A stretch of 63,251 nucleotides of DNA, filler included, from Perkinsus chesapeaki ATCC PRA-425 (GCA_013115145.1; 9 parts of 9 records of this genome joined end to end with filler, not necessarily neighbours in it), one strand, 5' to 3'; shown: positions 47,485-60,899, counted from the whole stretch's first letter. A program made the numbers and translations. Notes: generated by a model not told the origin, from the sequence alone.

Positions 47485-48449
47485 GTGGAACTCGTTCATT
47501 TAATGAACCTCATTACTCAATACTTGGCCAACCTCCAATTCACTCCAATAATGTGTGTTCGTTTTTATTGATAAATTCGATGTGAATGGCTGAGTGTGGC
47601 GTTTACATCAACACAAACAAGCAGCATATAGGAAAACAAAGAATTGAGACGTACATCATACTATCTAATAGCCGCTACAACCATCTACCATGTATCAGAT
47701 TGCCTACGATGATACGCTATAGGCCTACACCATGTGTCCAGCTGGCGCCTCACCACTTGTCAGTGGCTGCGAGGACTTGCCGGAGCTCTTCGCTCGAGGC
47801 TTCGATGGTCGTACCGGTTTGGTAAGCAAAGGCCGAGGAGCACACCTATGAGAACCTTCAGTGAAATCGCTTAAGAGTTGTCATTCTCACCCAACGTCAA
47901 CGATACTCGGTTCTGCGGCAGCCTGTGGTCGTGGTCGAAGCAAGACAGGTCGATCAATTGGGCTCTCTTCCCGAGGTTATTAGGGTGGAGGGGTCCGAGC
48001 AAGCTGAAGCAGTATGGGAAGGGCCCTTACTGGTTTCAATCTGTCATGAGGTCGATCGCGGCTATGCGGTGACGGCTTCTAAAGGGCTCTCGCCAATCCC
48101 ACACAGGCCCAGGCTTCCACTGCTAAGTGGTGTTGTATCGTGTAGCGTGTCCTCTGCTTCGCATGCACTGGCAGGCTCGGCACTCTTTCCCTTACGGGAG
48201 CTGCTGGTGGTTGCCGTTCACAAGCTGAGGATGGTCGCCGAGCGTGCCGACTCGGCACTTCGGCCGGGCAATGGTTCGGGCTAGAAATGAAATGATCCTG
48301 AGCGTCAATCATTCTCAAAGTGACCTACCTTGGCCTTCTCCTACCAAAAGCCTTTCGGCACCGCTGACTTTGTCCACTCAGCCGTGTAAGATGGCCGTCA
48401 TGACGGCGATGCGTCAGCTCCTTTCTTGGTCAGAACAAGTTGGTCTCTC

Positions 48450-49200
48450 TCACCCAAGTATCCGCTCACTTCTCACCGGCTGCCGGCTTCGGCTCTTCCC
48501 AGTCAGAGCGCTCCCATGCATCCCAACGCTCCAACCCTGATCCACTTTGTCCCAACATCGGCCCTTCTTTGCCCAATTGTAGTCGTTCTGGTCCCACTCC
48601 TGACCCTTTCCCCATTTCTCAGACCAACGTGAATTCCCCTTCTGAGCGGCCGCACTGCTCCTGTCGTTGGCTCTACAATAGACCTCCCAACTCTCCACCT
48701 TCCCTCCGACAGCTTTGGTTCTGGCATCACATATCTGACCGGCTGCTGCTGGACTAGGACTGCCCTGCTACAGTAGCTGCTAGAGCCAGCTGTCTTGCTA
48801 CTTGACGAGCTGCTTGAGCCTGTAACCATGAGCCTGTACTATCACTGATCGTCCTCAGCTTCCAACCCCCTTGTCCAGTTCAATCTTTTCCTAGGCATCC
48901 GCTACCTCCTGTTTGGTCTTCAGCGTTGGCTGAAGACAGGCAATGGGAGGCGTGGCCCACGACAGGATAAATGCTACCTGCGCAAGGCCAACTTGATCAC
49001 CTCTCCAGGTTGGGCCTCCCATTGTCTTCACGAGGACATCCTTCTCGATGGTAACTACCATACTCCTGATGACCAGCTTGCCCGAACTGTGGATCCATCC
49101 AGGTTCGATCAATTAAGCAGGATCAGACTGGAGATCCAGAAGACGGTACCACGCTCTGAAGGTAACACGGTCACTTCCACAGTGCCGTTGCTGTCACTTA
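48450..49200 (-). pseudogene. Heavily decayed gag-like ORF, possibly a third Ngaro-like element
   Basis: One frame with multiple stops; QAHGYRLKQLVK*QDSW aligns loosely with QVYGCRMADTASLYSW of element 2; K/G/W-rich tail. Confidence 0.35.
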
Positions 49201-49607
49201 CAGTGTCGGCTGCTGCTTGCTGAACACTCACTGACCATACCGGATGATGGAAGTGGTCGAAGACCTAATTAAAACGAATCAGCCCACTTGTAATTGGGTA
49301 CCCATGCCATAACTCGCTTCGTCAATTCTGCCGCCATCCACGAATAAGTTGTACCTGACATGGCCCACACTAGGCTCATCAAGGCAAAGAGAACGTACCA
49401 GCGAAAGGGCCCTTCGGTTTAGGTTCAATGAGCGATGGCATTCACCGCAAGCCAGCTCGATCGGCCTCCTCTAGGGCGAGCTGGGCGGAATATCCTCAAG
49501 TTGCTATCTGAAATCCGAGCTCCACCCGCACCAGTGGGGACTCCCCACTGAACAAACTGTCCCTATAGGCTCGGGCTCAATCTCACTCTCAGCTTGTGAG
49601 AAGACCG

Positions 49608-49629
49608 CTTAACAGTGTTAAGTTAACAC
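49608..49629. other. 22-bp excision scar, X=CTTAACAC
   Basis: CTTAACA GTGTTAAG TTAACAC. Confidence 0.85.
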
Positions 49630-49964
49630 TTAGTCGGGAGTAACTTATTAAGCTTCTGATCTAGTTTGCCGGTAAAAAACTCGAAGTTGAAGCCCACTAG
49701 ATCTTCCGTTCATTTGCAAACAGCTCTGAAAACGAGAGGTTACCGCATATGCAAAGAAACTTGAAGTAATCAAAAGCCCTCACAAAAAGAATAGCATTGA
49801 ATCGAACCGGCGACCTCCGGATCAGGATACTTGGATGATTCCCAACTCAGCTAGCAATCCCATGNNNNNNNNNNNNNNNNNNNNNNNNNNNNNNNNNNNN
49901 NNNNNNNNTTAATTAATTAANNNNNNNNNNNNNNNNNNNNNNNNNNNNNNNNNNNNNNNNNNNN

Positions 49965-51830
49965 TACTATACTGTGGAAAGGCCCAAGTTTTAAGCTGGC
50001 GGTCCCATCCAAGCGAGTAGATCTCCTGAAGTAGACCTCCTGTTGCCATACACCGTGCGGCACTTACTTCGAACTCTCTATTTAAAACCTTTCCCCCGGC
50101 GGCAAGGGCATGTATCCCAGCAAGATGAGCAAGGCTAACTCTACTCAACACAATCATCCTTTTAATGTCACTAACAACCAGGTCCTGATCGTCGCCGCCA
50201 CTAACCAGGTGACCTACACTAAATTGAAAGTCCAACTCAATACGCTCCGTACCCTTGCTGGTCCACGCCAACGCATTCACACCGGCCGCGTGCACAGGAA
50301 GACATTTCCGGTCATCCAAACGTACAAGGTTGCCATCTGCGTAGCCCGCTACAGAAGGCCAGCCGGTTTCGGATGGGCCACATGTCACAGCCAGGCAAGC
50401 GCTACTGCGGTGGTATCTACAAAGCACTTCGACCGATCGTTTTGATAAGACCCACATTGAACTGAACTGCAGACTCCTAGGCTCCCCATGGCCGCTCCAT
50501 ACATTGCCCGCGCTGTCACCAAGAATAACAGATGGCATCTGATAAGAGAAGCCTGCCGAAAATCCATCACCGTTTGTAACCTACGTGGGCGGCAAGCGTG
50601 ATGTCGGCGGCCATGATTCGGGCGCTCTCTACCCCTTCCTGGTCCAGCATCATCATACCGCCGTTTTCAACCCACAACGAAATACCGCCATTCTCATCGG
50701 TGATGACTCGGTAGAGAAACCATTGGCTCCTTGCTCCGCCGGATACCACAAATTCGTCACATGAAGCTAAAAATCGACAACAATATTCTGAATACTGTAC
50801 AGGTACGGCGATGGTCTATTTGCGTTGATTTCTCTCGTTGTGAATCCTCTTCGTGGCAACGCATCACCACTATCGATGATGTCCCATTCAATTTATCACC
50901 AAACAATCATCCTGTATCGTCCAGCCTGCCAGGCTTCGTCAGTCCTGAAATTCCCTTGTCGAACCGTGCGCGCAAAAAAATATAGAGAACTGCAACCATT
51001 GATTTTCCTGGTCAAGACCTTGAGCAAGTCAGAGCTGGGTAGAAGAAGGCCTAGTTGGGTAGTAAAGCTTAGTGAGGCTTACTACTGGCTATACGCTTTT
51101 ACTGAGGGCATGATGGCTCAAAGGCTTGTCTAGTGCGAAGATGGTACGCGAGAGGAGAATGAACCTTCGAATGAGTTTCCTTCTAGTTGTGATTTTCTAC
51201 TGCCTCTTTTTCTTGTTACTTAAATGATCACCAGAGACGACCCCTGTTCCGAGAGCTTTGGTGTACACTACTCACCAAGGCATTTAACTGGTCCAATATG
51301 AAGGTCCAACGTTTGAGTGCATCGCCAATCATCACCAACTTGAGAATCTTCTATCTTTGAAGGCGTATACAGCTTCACACTGTTGTCTTCAGAACAGGTA
51401 ACGAAGGACCTAAACCAATAAGTGCGTGGGGACACATTGTGTCACTACCTGTCCCCAACAGCACAAACTCCGTGGATCATCCTGCCATGGTCACCTCCGA
51501 ATTGCCGATCGTCTGTTGCCCAGGAGCTGCCGTCCACTAAACGAAGGATAGCCGTCAGAGACCAAAGTCAGGAATGCATTTTTCCATGTAAGAAGATCTT
51601 GCTTTCTCCCACATTGAAAAGGACTCATTCTCAACGTTCTCGACGCGACATGAAAAACGCGTTTCTGCGAGCTTACCTTTTGCCAGAGTAAATGTCCAGT
51701 TGGCAGTATCAGCATACACTAAGGTAGCTTCACCGTTATCAAAGGCGAAGTCATAAGGCCGACGTTGGCCGCCACAATCAACCTGCAATACATTCTCAGT
51801 TCTTCCGGGATCAGCAATAAGAAGCATCCG
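49965..51830 (-). CDS. WDR6: WD40-repeat protein, WDR6/Trm734-like, partial between gaps
   Basis: VDCGGQRRPYDF (compare WDR6 NCGGGHRSWAF), HAAGVNAL, LVSGGDDQ, AHLAGIHAL, YSLGWDRQLKTW. Confidence 0.7.
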
Positions 51831-54800
51831 AGCGACAAGGTTTGCTACCCACGGTTGGTGTTATCAAATAGGAAGATATTACTGGTGACTCAGCGGAGCC
51901 TTGAAAGCTACTCACCGATTCAGTGTGACAAAACATATTTCCTATCAAACTCCTTTCTATTATATCTCCTCCTCCGTATCACTAGTAACATATTTCCTAT
52001 CAAANNNNNNNNNNNNNNNNNNNNNNNNNNNNNNNNNNNNNNNNNNNNTTAATTAATTAANNNNNNNNNNNNNNNNNNNNNNNNNNNNNNNNNNNNNNNN
52101 NNNNTCTCTCTGTAATCCAATGACTGGTGTTGATAGTGAAACTGAAGAGCAAATTAGGAATCAGAAGACCGATTCGGGCGATCAAACGGTACACCTTGTC
52201 CCCTCGTCCCCTCGGCCCCATTGTATTAGGGGACCCCTAAGGGTAAAATGCGACACATACCTCGCGGACCTGATTGTCGGATATTCACTTGGATGCATTT
52301 CACTCGGTTGGGTTTGGTCTCGGTTTCTGTCCAAGATAAAGGTCTGCCTTTGTCGCAGTTGAAACCTTCCCATGAGGGGACATTCTACACAATCGAAGTA
52401 GATCAAGCTACTAGCGTCAGAAATCTGGCATCTACGTTCCGACAGTGATGTGTTGTCAATTAACGGTCAGACTGACAGTATCAGTGATCAGTCATTCCTA
52501 AGTCGTTAGTTAGTCTCCAGCGCCGTGCTGCTTCCCTGCGGAGACGCGTGGGTCGCGCCGGCAGCTTACAAGCTTTGCTTTGAACGTGATCAAAACCCAC
52601 CGCTCCCTCCCTACTAAAAACAAAACCAAAGCTTCGGGGAGCATTGACTTGCCTAAGTTAGAGAAGAGTCAGTGCGACACTTGGTGACGGCCTGATGGCG
52701 CGGGACGTTTTAGCGCCCGGGTGGCCCAATTTGTTCTGGCGATGCGCCATCTGTCCCTTCAGGTTCGGGTCGAACCTTCCGGTGTCACTCAAGTCTCAAC
52801 TCCCCAATCCCCGAAGCCAGAGGTTTCAGAAGGCAACACCAAACGAATGCGTGAAGTACATAAAAGTGACATCTGTGGGAGTTGAACTCGTGCAGCACCA
52901 AAGATACTCCGAGTCGCAGTCAGAGAAATTTGCCTAACGCATTCGTGTGAGCCTCGCAATTTTCGCCAGACGTCCGTTAGCTAGTCGAGTTGGCTAAGGG
53001 TTCTGCTTTGCCTGCAATAGGTTCTAAGTTTAATCCCGATTTGCTTCTTTTTTCGACATCGATAATTTTTTTGCTGTAGCGAGCTCAGCTGCTGAACGCA
53101 CTCAACTTGTCTGCTGGTCAATCTCATCAACCGACTGATTTTGCGCACTATCGACAATTCTAAAGATTAATTTAAATTTTACATTTTGAATCATCCAAGA
53201 GGATGGTAGGATCGAACCTGATATCTTTAGGTAGAAAGATGTGCTACGATTCACTTCCACAAGTTACGGTAATTGAGTTAGTAACTTGGTTACCCCTTCA
53301 CGATTGGGGCAAGCAAGCCTTGCTCAGCAAGGCATTATTGTATTGTGACACAACACATTACAGGCTGCGTGCTCCAGCATGTAGCAGCCGCCTTAAGGCT
53401 TGACAAGCCTTGATAGGCTCTTGATTAGGCTGCACCAACCAGCTGGCACTTAATTGATTGTCCGTAAATAAGGGACCGTTATTGATAATGTTCCTTGTCC
53501 AGCCTGGTTGAACAAGGAACATTATCAACCTGGTTGAACATTATATGGTTGAATCAACCATAGTGTACCCGTCATGAGGCAACTACTACAACTCTAGGTA
53601 GTTAGTCGGGACTGTGAGATAGGACGAATAACCTGCGAACTCGATGCCCGAACACCAACCACAAGGTGCTACTTGTAGGCTGAGATATCACTGGCAATTG
53701 GTCGCATTAGGGATATTGAAGTACTGACAAATATAAGTCCAGTCACAGCCATATATGTCAGTGACATAACAGTGCAAATCCAAACATGCACTAATGTCCC
53801 CCGACCAACCTTGAGAAAAAATACGCGCATACGGGTGAAGATGCTGACGTTCCAAGCACAAAACCGAAAACGGAAACCCGGAGTCGCTCATAGTCTGATA
53901 TGCCCATAAACGGGTGAAGAGGCGCGCGACGCTCCCTTCCTGCATTCTGCGATCACAGGCTTGACCTTGCTCTCTTACGATACCTTCACATAACCCTGCG
54001 AGAGCATTACTCAATGTGACTTGGTACCAAAGAATTGTGCAAGAAACGGTTCTCAGTAGACATTCTGATGATCCAAAAATACTAGAACCGCCACACATGT
54101 CACAAATAATCTGTGACCACCGCTGTCTATCTTGGTCACACATTCGCAACTTGCTAATATACAGAAAGATATCATCAAGCAATGAACAGGCCCCATTACA
54201 TACAAATAATAGGTAGGCGCATGCCCGTAGTGACCTTGTTTTGTTCACCCGCACAGGCCAAGCAAATTGCTTGAAGCAAGTTGTGTGCTCGATGTGACAC
54301 GGTGCCTGTCCATTTGCCAAACTTGCAAGTCCCGTGCAGCACGGGAGAAGTTATAGAACCAATGAATGTGTGACCCAATGCGTGTCTATACGACAGCGCT
54401 GGGCTGGGCGTAACCCGACCGTCGTTATATGTCCCGGCTTGAGAGATAATACACCTGTGTTATGAGAGCTCCCACATTATGTGGGCCACATATCCGTCAC
54501 AAGTGGGTCGTGACAGCCGCTTTGTCTCTATCTTGGTCATGTACAAGTAGGCTGCTACTTTACAAGCTGTTACCTTTCAACAACGAGCAGACACCGATGC
54601 ATGCGACTCATGAATTGGCGCAGGTGATGTGTAAGTTTCACAGTGAAACTGCATGTTGTTCACCCGCACAGGCCAAGCAAGTTCTGTGCTGACATTGTTT
54701 CACTGCCGCAACGCACACTCCTGTCTCCGTGTAACTGTCTAATTCGCGCAAGGGAGTAGGAGGTATTCAGGACATTATAGTGAGAGGCGAATCGACTGGT

Positions 54801-55199
54801 CGACCTCAAAAGACTCAAAATATTGCATATAAAAGGTTGCATGAATCATGGGCAGTGGAACTACGAGTATTTCTGCCATAGGTACTGTATTACAACACTA
54901 TTCAGTCAATCTGCGCATACGTGCAGCGCAAGACATTGCTCCATCGAAGTGGCCAAGCTGAGTAACTTACGCATGCTAAGGTCTTACTCGAGCGTCAATC
55001 GTCATTCCTGCTCTGCGGGGTGTAACGGGAACAACTATTCAACCGAGGTCCTCGGGCTGAATCTAGAGAAGTACTCATTTTGGTAGCGTGTGCTCCAATC
55101 TTTCTCTACCTTCGCTGGACTCCATAGCAGATACGTTCCCGCGGGAAATAACTAAGGCGGTTTCAGAGTCACCCTTTTCTCGAACTCGCCTCCTTCACC

Positions 55200-55316
55200 A
55201 TGTTCGGTAACATCGCCATCTTCTGCATTCTCGGGACCTTCGTTGAAGGCCTGTCCTCGGTCAGGCAGTCAGATTCCAACAACAGCTCTATGAGACCTAC
55301 TTTAAGCCCCGAGAAT
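55200..55316 (+). CDS. First exon of a secreted protein (remainder in gap)
   Basis: MFGNIAIFCILGTFVEG signal peptide followed by a GTAAG donor. Confidence 0.5.
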
Positions 55317-55421
55317 GTAAGNNNNNNNNNNNNNNNNNNNNNNNNNNNNNNNNNNNNNNNNNNNNTTAATTAATTAANNNNNNNNNNNNNNNNNNNNNNN
55401 NNNNNNNNNNNNNNNNNNNNN

Positions 55422-55540
55422 TTACTAGTGTGGTAACGTAATATATAGTTTAATAGGAAGTGTGTTACTAGTGTGGTAACATAATATATAGTTTAATAGG
55501 AAGTGTGTTACTAGTGTGGTAACATAATATATAGTTTGAT
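55422..55540. repeat. 43-bp tandem repeat, about 2.8 copies, truncated by gap
   Basis: TTACTAGTGTGGTAAC... at 55422, 55465, 55508. Confidence 0.9.
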
Positions 55541-55702
55541 AGCACAAATGTTTCCAGTGAAAGAAAAAGCACTCTGTTTCTCCGCTGGGGAGCTTTGATG
55601 TTCCTCCGTGACTCCCTAGATAAGATGTTTTCATGTTTTTAAGGAATCTTCTTTCGCTGTGTTCAGGTGCACGCATGCGCAAATATAAAGTTTGTTTATG
55701 TT

Positions 55703-56583
55703 ATGGAGGGAGCCACCACCGACATGCAGCTTTTGGCGGCTAAAGCATCTCTCCGACGTATTATTCAAACCCAGCTGAAAGCTATTCCATCGGCGCTTTT
55801 GATTGAAAAGTCGAATTTGATTTATGACAACATCGTGAAGATCGCGGCTTGGCGGGATGCCTCAGCCGTGGGAGCCTTCCTCTCCATGCCAACTGCCGAG
55901 GTTAGCGCTGTGCCGCTGGTAGGTCATTTCGGACATTCGACCCTTCAGGTACAGACATGTGCGTTGGTAAGTGACGCATTCCGACAGGGCAAGCGCCTCT
56001 ATGTGCCGAAGACAATAGCCGGATCAAACGACATGGAAATGCTAGAAGCAATGTAAGCCACTTAACGTTCTTGTCATTCTATTTTGAAGATATAGTAACA
56101 GCCTTAATCCTACATGTCCGTCAGTGACGTTAACTAATTATATCGCTTTGGCAGTGACCAACAAGCATAAGCTGCGACTTGAAGCTTGCATTTCAGAAGC
56201 GAAGAAGATATCAATGGATTCGAGAAGACACGTTGGGGTATACCAGAGCCAGGGTCCATAATACCATCTACTGGCCAGACTCGTGCCCAGGCCTCATCTG
56301 ACACAGACTCCCTTGATCTCATTCTAGTGCCTGGCCTAGCTTTTGATGAGAACTGCCAGAGGTTGGGCAGAGGGAAGGGCTACTATGATCGCTACTTGTC
56401 AAGGTGGATGAGTAGACCAGTCCTGATTGGCGTGGCTTTCGAATGCCAGGTGAGCGTGGCGTATGGATATATACCCATCTCTGGCCACTTTAGATTGTCG
56501 ATAGGATACCCGTCTCGAGGAGTGATGTCCCTGTTGATTATGTTGTAACGGAAAGTCGAATCATCCAACGATGCCCTGAATGA
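55703..56583 (+). CDS. MTHFS: 5-formyltetrahydrofolate cyclo-ligase, spliced
   Basis: KASLRR, FLSMPTAEV, GKRLYVPK, RWGIPEP, DLILVPGLAFDENCQRLGRGKGYYDRYL, DVPVDYVVT. Confidence 0.95.
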
Positions 56584-56807
56584 TACTTATCAGTGTTCAA
56601 ACTCCCACACTGACGGTTTCCGTTGTTGGCCTGGGTTTGTCTGATGATAGTCATCTTGTGGTGAACAGTGGTTAATTGAAAGGAGTAGTTCAAGGGGGTA
56701 TACAGCACATCATTAAGCTGGTAACTTATTTGTTAAAAGACGTATAATAGGAACATACGCACCTCTAGCATTTCACGCAAGCTTCCGCAGCTGTATCGAC
56801 CACAGAC

Positions 56808-59217
56808 ATGGTATTCTCATGTGCACTGATCTCGACCTTACTCTCTATAGCCGAGGCTATACGAGGCAGCCCAGATGCGTGCACTGATGAGAAATGGGTG
56901 CTTCTACAGCACCACCTCCATCAAGCCTTAGATGAGTTCAATCCAATAGCCCCTCTTAACTTGACAAAGGGACTGGCTGACCTGGTGGACTTCGTTAACG
57001 AAAAGACAGACATACTGCAGGTCTAGCAAGCAGCTTTCTCAATCCATATATGCACGCTCAGGGATGGGAGCTTGATAACAACGACTGTTGGTTTGGCTAC
57101 GCGCTGCCGTATCTTCTTTTGTCACCTCATTTGTCTTTCACCGATGAGACACCACAGCTGGAGGCCGAGGCTCTATCAGTAACGTCTAGAATCACTAGAA
57201 CTGCCTTTAGTTCCTTACCAGTTCCTTGTACTGTGCCCTTGGCAATTCTGGATTCTCACTTCACCTTGGAGGCCCATCGAGGTCCTGCTGGTCGTCTCCA
57301 AGATGAAAGCTGCAGATGGTCAAACTAACCAATTACTTCCGCATATCCCATTTACTTTGCAGTTAACGCTGATTCGTGTCGGCCCCTTCCCGAATCGGCA
57401 GGCGATGTCAGCGCCATCATGTTGGAGCACTCGCTGCCTCCACAGGACGGGGAGAATGTGTGCGAACGCCTTCATCGAGCCGCTCGGCTCGCAAGAGTAT
57501 CCTTGAACCACCAGCGTTACTTTGTGGCCATTGGCTACGGCATTTATGAGACACATGCGATCATCGAGGACATTTTACGCGTAGGGCAAGAGACCTGAGA
57601 CATTCGAGTTGGACGCATAGATGTCTAGACACACTGGCTTGAGGGAGCGAGGCTCAGCTTGACCTTCACACTGCTATGGGAGGAGTTGCTTAGCCTCAAA
57701 CCGATTCATGAGAGTAGGGCGGTCTTGTGCTCGCCCATAAAGTGCCTTCAGGAGGGTTGCTTGAACGCAAGAAGGGTGATATGGATGAACAGCTCCCGCA
57801 TGCTGGTGGACTTATTCAGACAGATCCACCCGCTCCCGAGGCATTCGCACCAGCACACAGTTAAGCGTTCCCAGCGGTGTCGGTGAAAGGTGCCATATCA
57901 GACACGTCGGATCGCCAAGACTTGGTATACGCCGCCCAGACCGTCCACGAAGCTCTGGAGCAACACGGTTCCGACTTGCTGAGTACATCGGAAGTGTTAG
58001 TTTGAAGCAGGTATCAAGTACGTTATGGTTGCTGGAACTGTGATTGGGACTGCGCGGTACCATGGCCTCAATCCATGGGAGCATGACTGCGATCTATGTA
58101 AGCTTCACCCTAGAATGCCTTCCACTATAACATTAGGTATAGACAATCGACGCCACTACGACTTGCTTAAAATGATACTTCAACAGTTCACGGCACCGAA
58201 CTCTAGCCTGCTTTATCAACGAGGCGTCCGCCTCATTGCGAGTGTTAGAAAGGGCTATTCGCACAAGTAGGCGTTCCTTTGCACCATATGAGGGTCCTTA
58301 CAGGTTCTCTCTATCCGAAGCACGGGACTTCTTGGAACTCGAGGAAAGTCCATCAGTGACCTGGGGTTACCCTTATGGAGATATCCAAGAATGCCATGGC
58401 TTTGCAGATGGCCCGTTGTGGTTTGGAATGCGGGAGGCATGGACCGTTCCTCGTCACCTTGTAAGGCATCCGTTGTTATTGGAAATAAATTGACGGAGGC
58501 TCTACAATTCCTAACGAAAGTTCTGGTCGACTTTGGGTTCTTTGAGGCCTGACGTAAAGCGTTAACGTAGGTTTACCAGAACACTACTTTCCACTAAGAA
58601 ACCACATTTGAGTGACTGAGAGGTCCACTAGGTAACTTCTTAGGACGTTGGGCTGTGTGAACGTGTCTCCATTGACAAGTTGACTATGACGTTCGTAGCA
58701 GGTTATTCCGAGGAGGAAGATGCTTATGCACGGTGTGCCAATGTGGGGGCCTTCGCGGCCTCAGGAATACGTAACTGCCTATCTCAAAGCTATGTACGGC
58801 TACATTGATGATTGGGCGAACACGTGCCGAGGCCATCGACATCTTAACGACTCTGTCATCGACTGCTCGCAGCTGTATCCCTTCTATCACCATGTTGTAC
58901 CATGTGATGGTTTGCCCAAATCTTTCGAAAGGCTAACAATCCTAAAGTTATTCTACTTGTCTGGAATTGATAATAGTGAACTAGACATCGCTATGCTTAA
59001 TTGCGTCTCTCTCGAACGGTCGGGTTACCCTCCAGTATATCACGCTGCTGAAGTACGGTACAGCAGCAGTAAGGCAAACGAGGCGCTATGTACTGCTTTA
59101 ATTCTCGAGCGCGATCTAAGTATCGATCACGAGTTTGCACCATTTCTACGTTTCGTCGGGCTCCCAATTCATGTGGGTACAAGGCAGGCAGGAATTGTGT
59201 CCTACTCCTGTGAATGA
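56808..59217 (+). CDS. LicD/fukutin-family nucleotidyltransferase-fold protein with N-terminal signal/anchor, spliced; exon joins uncertain
   Basis: GIKYVMVAGTVIGTARYHGLNPWEHDCDL (58034-58096) matches the LicD motif GTLLGAVRHxGFIPWDDDxD; later P..PQEY...YL..MYG..DDW. Confidence 0.65.
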
Positions 59218-59710
59218 CGTAATGAGGTTTCAATCGTGATTACAGTTTTGCGTACATGAGCTAATCAACACAAAGCATCCTGATAAAAATAAATGTGTCT
59301 GTCTCGTCTGTCGGACCCTTCATGAATCTTCTTTTTCAGCTTTTGAACGACTAAAAGACCCCGTTGCCTCCATAACGTCTCGAATGATATAGCAACGTAC
59401 TTTTAGTGCGAGTCAAACAGGCATCGTTGTTAACGCGTTATCAATGTTACCGCTTTGCGTTGTATGATATGCGTTTTACACGAGTGTTCCGCACATGGAG
59501 GTGAAACTTATCTACATTGAAGTGAAGCGATACACCGGTGCTCTATTGACAGCTTTAAACTACTCAGAACACCACAAAGCATCATTGAACAGAAGTAGAA
59601 GTATAGTTGCTCCCTACGGAGAACTTGAGCAAGGAAAACGAAAATTCATCTTTTGCAAAAAAACGATAGAGCCGATCGTTCATCCGAAGAACGAGAAGCT
59701 TTAAAGACGC

Positions 59711-60202
59711 TTAGCATCTGGTAACAGTAGTATCAATAAGGAAGCCAATCTTAATATGAACATCATTGGAGTCAACGATAGTAGCATCAACACTATCAAT
59801 GTTCATCATATGCATCAATTTAGTGAGAGTTGCATCATAGTTATAGAAATCCATCTGGTTACCATTAATCTTGTAATCAGCATGCATGGCCATTCCCATA
59901 ACGCTGATAGTAGCGTGACCGTTCTCAAAATCAACCTTGAAGCTCTCACCCATCACATTGCCGCAGAACACACCTCCGAAAGGAGCAGCCGTAGTAGTAG
60001 TTGCCTTCTCAGTTGTAGTGCTAGCCGTAGTTGATGTGGTGGTGGTAGTCGTCGTAGTGGTGGAGGCTATAGTTGTAGTTGTTGTAGTAGTGGGAGCCTC
60101 AGTAGTAGTTGTGACCGCCTTGGTGGTAGTGGTAGCAGCTTCGGTTTGTTTGTTTGTTTGTTTGGGTGGCCTTGCCGACCGCCATAGTGGCAGTATTCGG
60201 CC
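59711..60202 (-). CDS. Mucin-like Thr-rich surface protein, C-terminal part (5' end unclear, near gap)
   Basis: About 55-aa Thr-rich tract followed in frame by an 86-aa domain bracketed by two Cys. Confidence 0.75.
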   Translation of the reverse strand, partial: GRILPLWRSARPPKQTNKQTEAATTTTKAVTTTTEAPTTTTTTTIASTTTTTTTTTSTTASTTTEKATTTTAAPFGGVFCGNVMGESFKVDFENGHATISVMGMAMHADYKINGNQMDFYNYDATLTKLMHMMNIDSVDATIVDSNDVHIKIGFLIDTTVTRC

Positions 60203-60899
60203 TTAGCGCCACACGGAGCTAGCTCCGTAGATATGTTGGTNNNNNNNNNNNNNNNNNNNNNNNNNNNNNNNNNNNNNNNNNNNNTTAATTAATTAANNNN
60301 NNNNNNNNNNNNNNNNNNNNNNNNNNNNNNNNNNNNNNNNGACTAGTAAACCATGAGCAGTGCCGTCTACGAAAGTATTGCTTTCAAACCAGCGAAAATA
60401 GGGAAGACCACCAAGGGAACATCGGTTAACGTCCAATCTGTTCACTTTTTACTAATTACATTTCTTATTGTACCAGAGCTAAAACGAGTACATGGATGCG
60501 CTGATAGGATACGATAATTTCTTGACGGTGTACGGATATCTGCTGCAATCATAATGAATATGAATCATATCCATCATGATTTGAGCAGACATTGTTGGGT
60601 AACCCAACTTGGGTTAGTGACCCTTGGTCATCTCGTTTCGGCATTTTGCACGCATGACATGTGACATATCAGATAGTACCACAGTACCACCACTATTCGT
60701 GGATGACTACTATCAGATCACTCAGACAGAGCAACTCACGCTTCCTCTTCGCAGCTGCTCTGGACGCTGAACCTACGTTTATTGAACAAGGATGATCCAA
60801 CACGACAGCTCTCCCTCAATCTGTCGGCGGGGTCGTGGTCGATGCTCCATTAATACTAGCAGTAGATAATGGCTGGCTTTGGCTTGAGGCTTCGCAGAC

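Noticed and set aside
48450-49200. RIP-like CpA-to-TpA hypermutation suggested by many TAG/TAA stops in decayed elements
   Set aside because: Stop codons are a biased sample; the 8 transitions between the 41168 and 46142 repeat copies fall in CpA, CpC and CpT contexts without a CpA excess
59937-60206. Val-rich membrane-like ORF
   Set aside because: Antisense reading of the Thr-codon tract of the mucin
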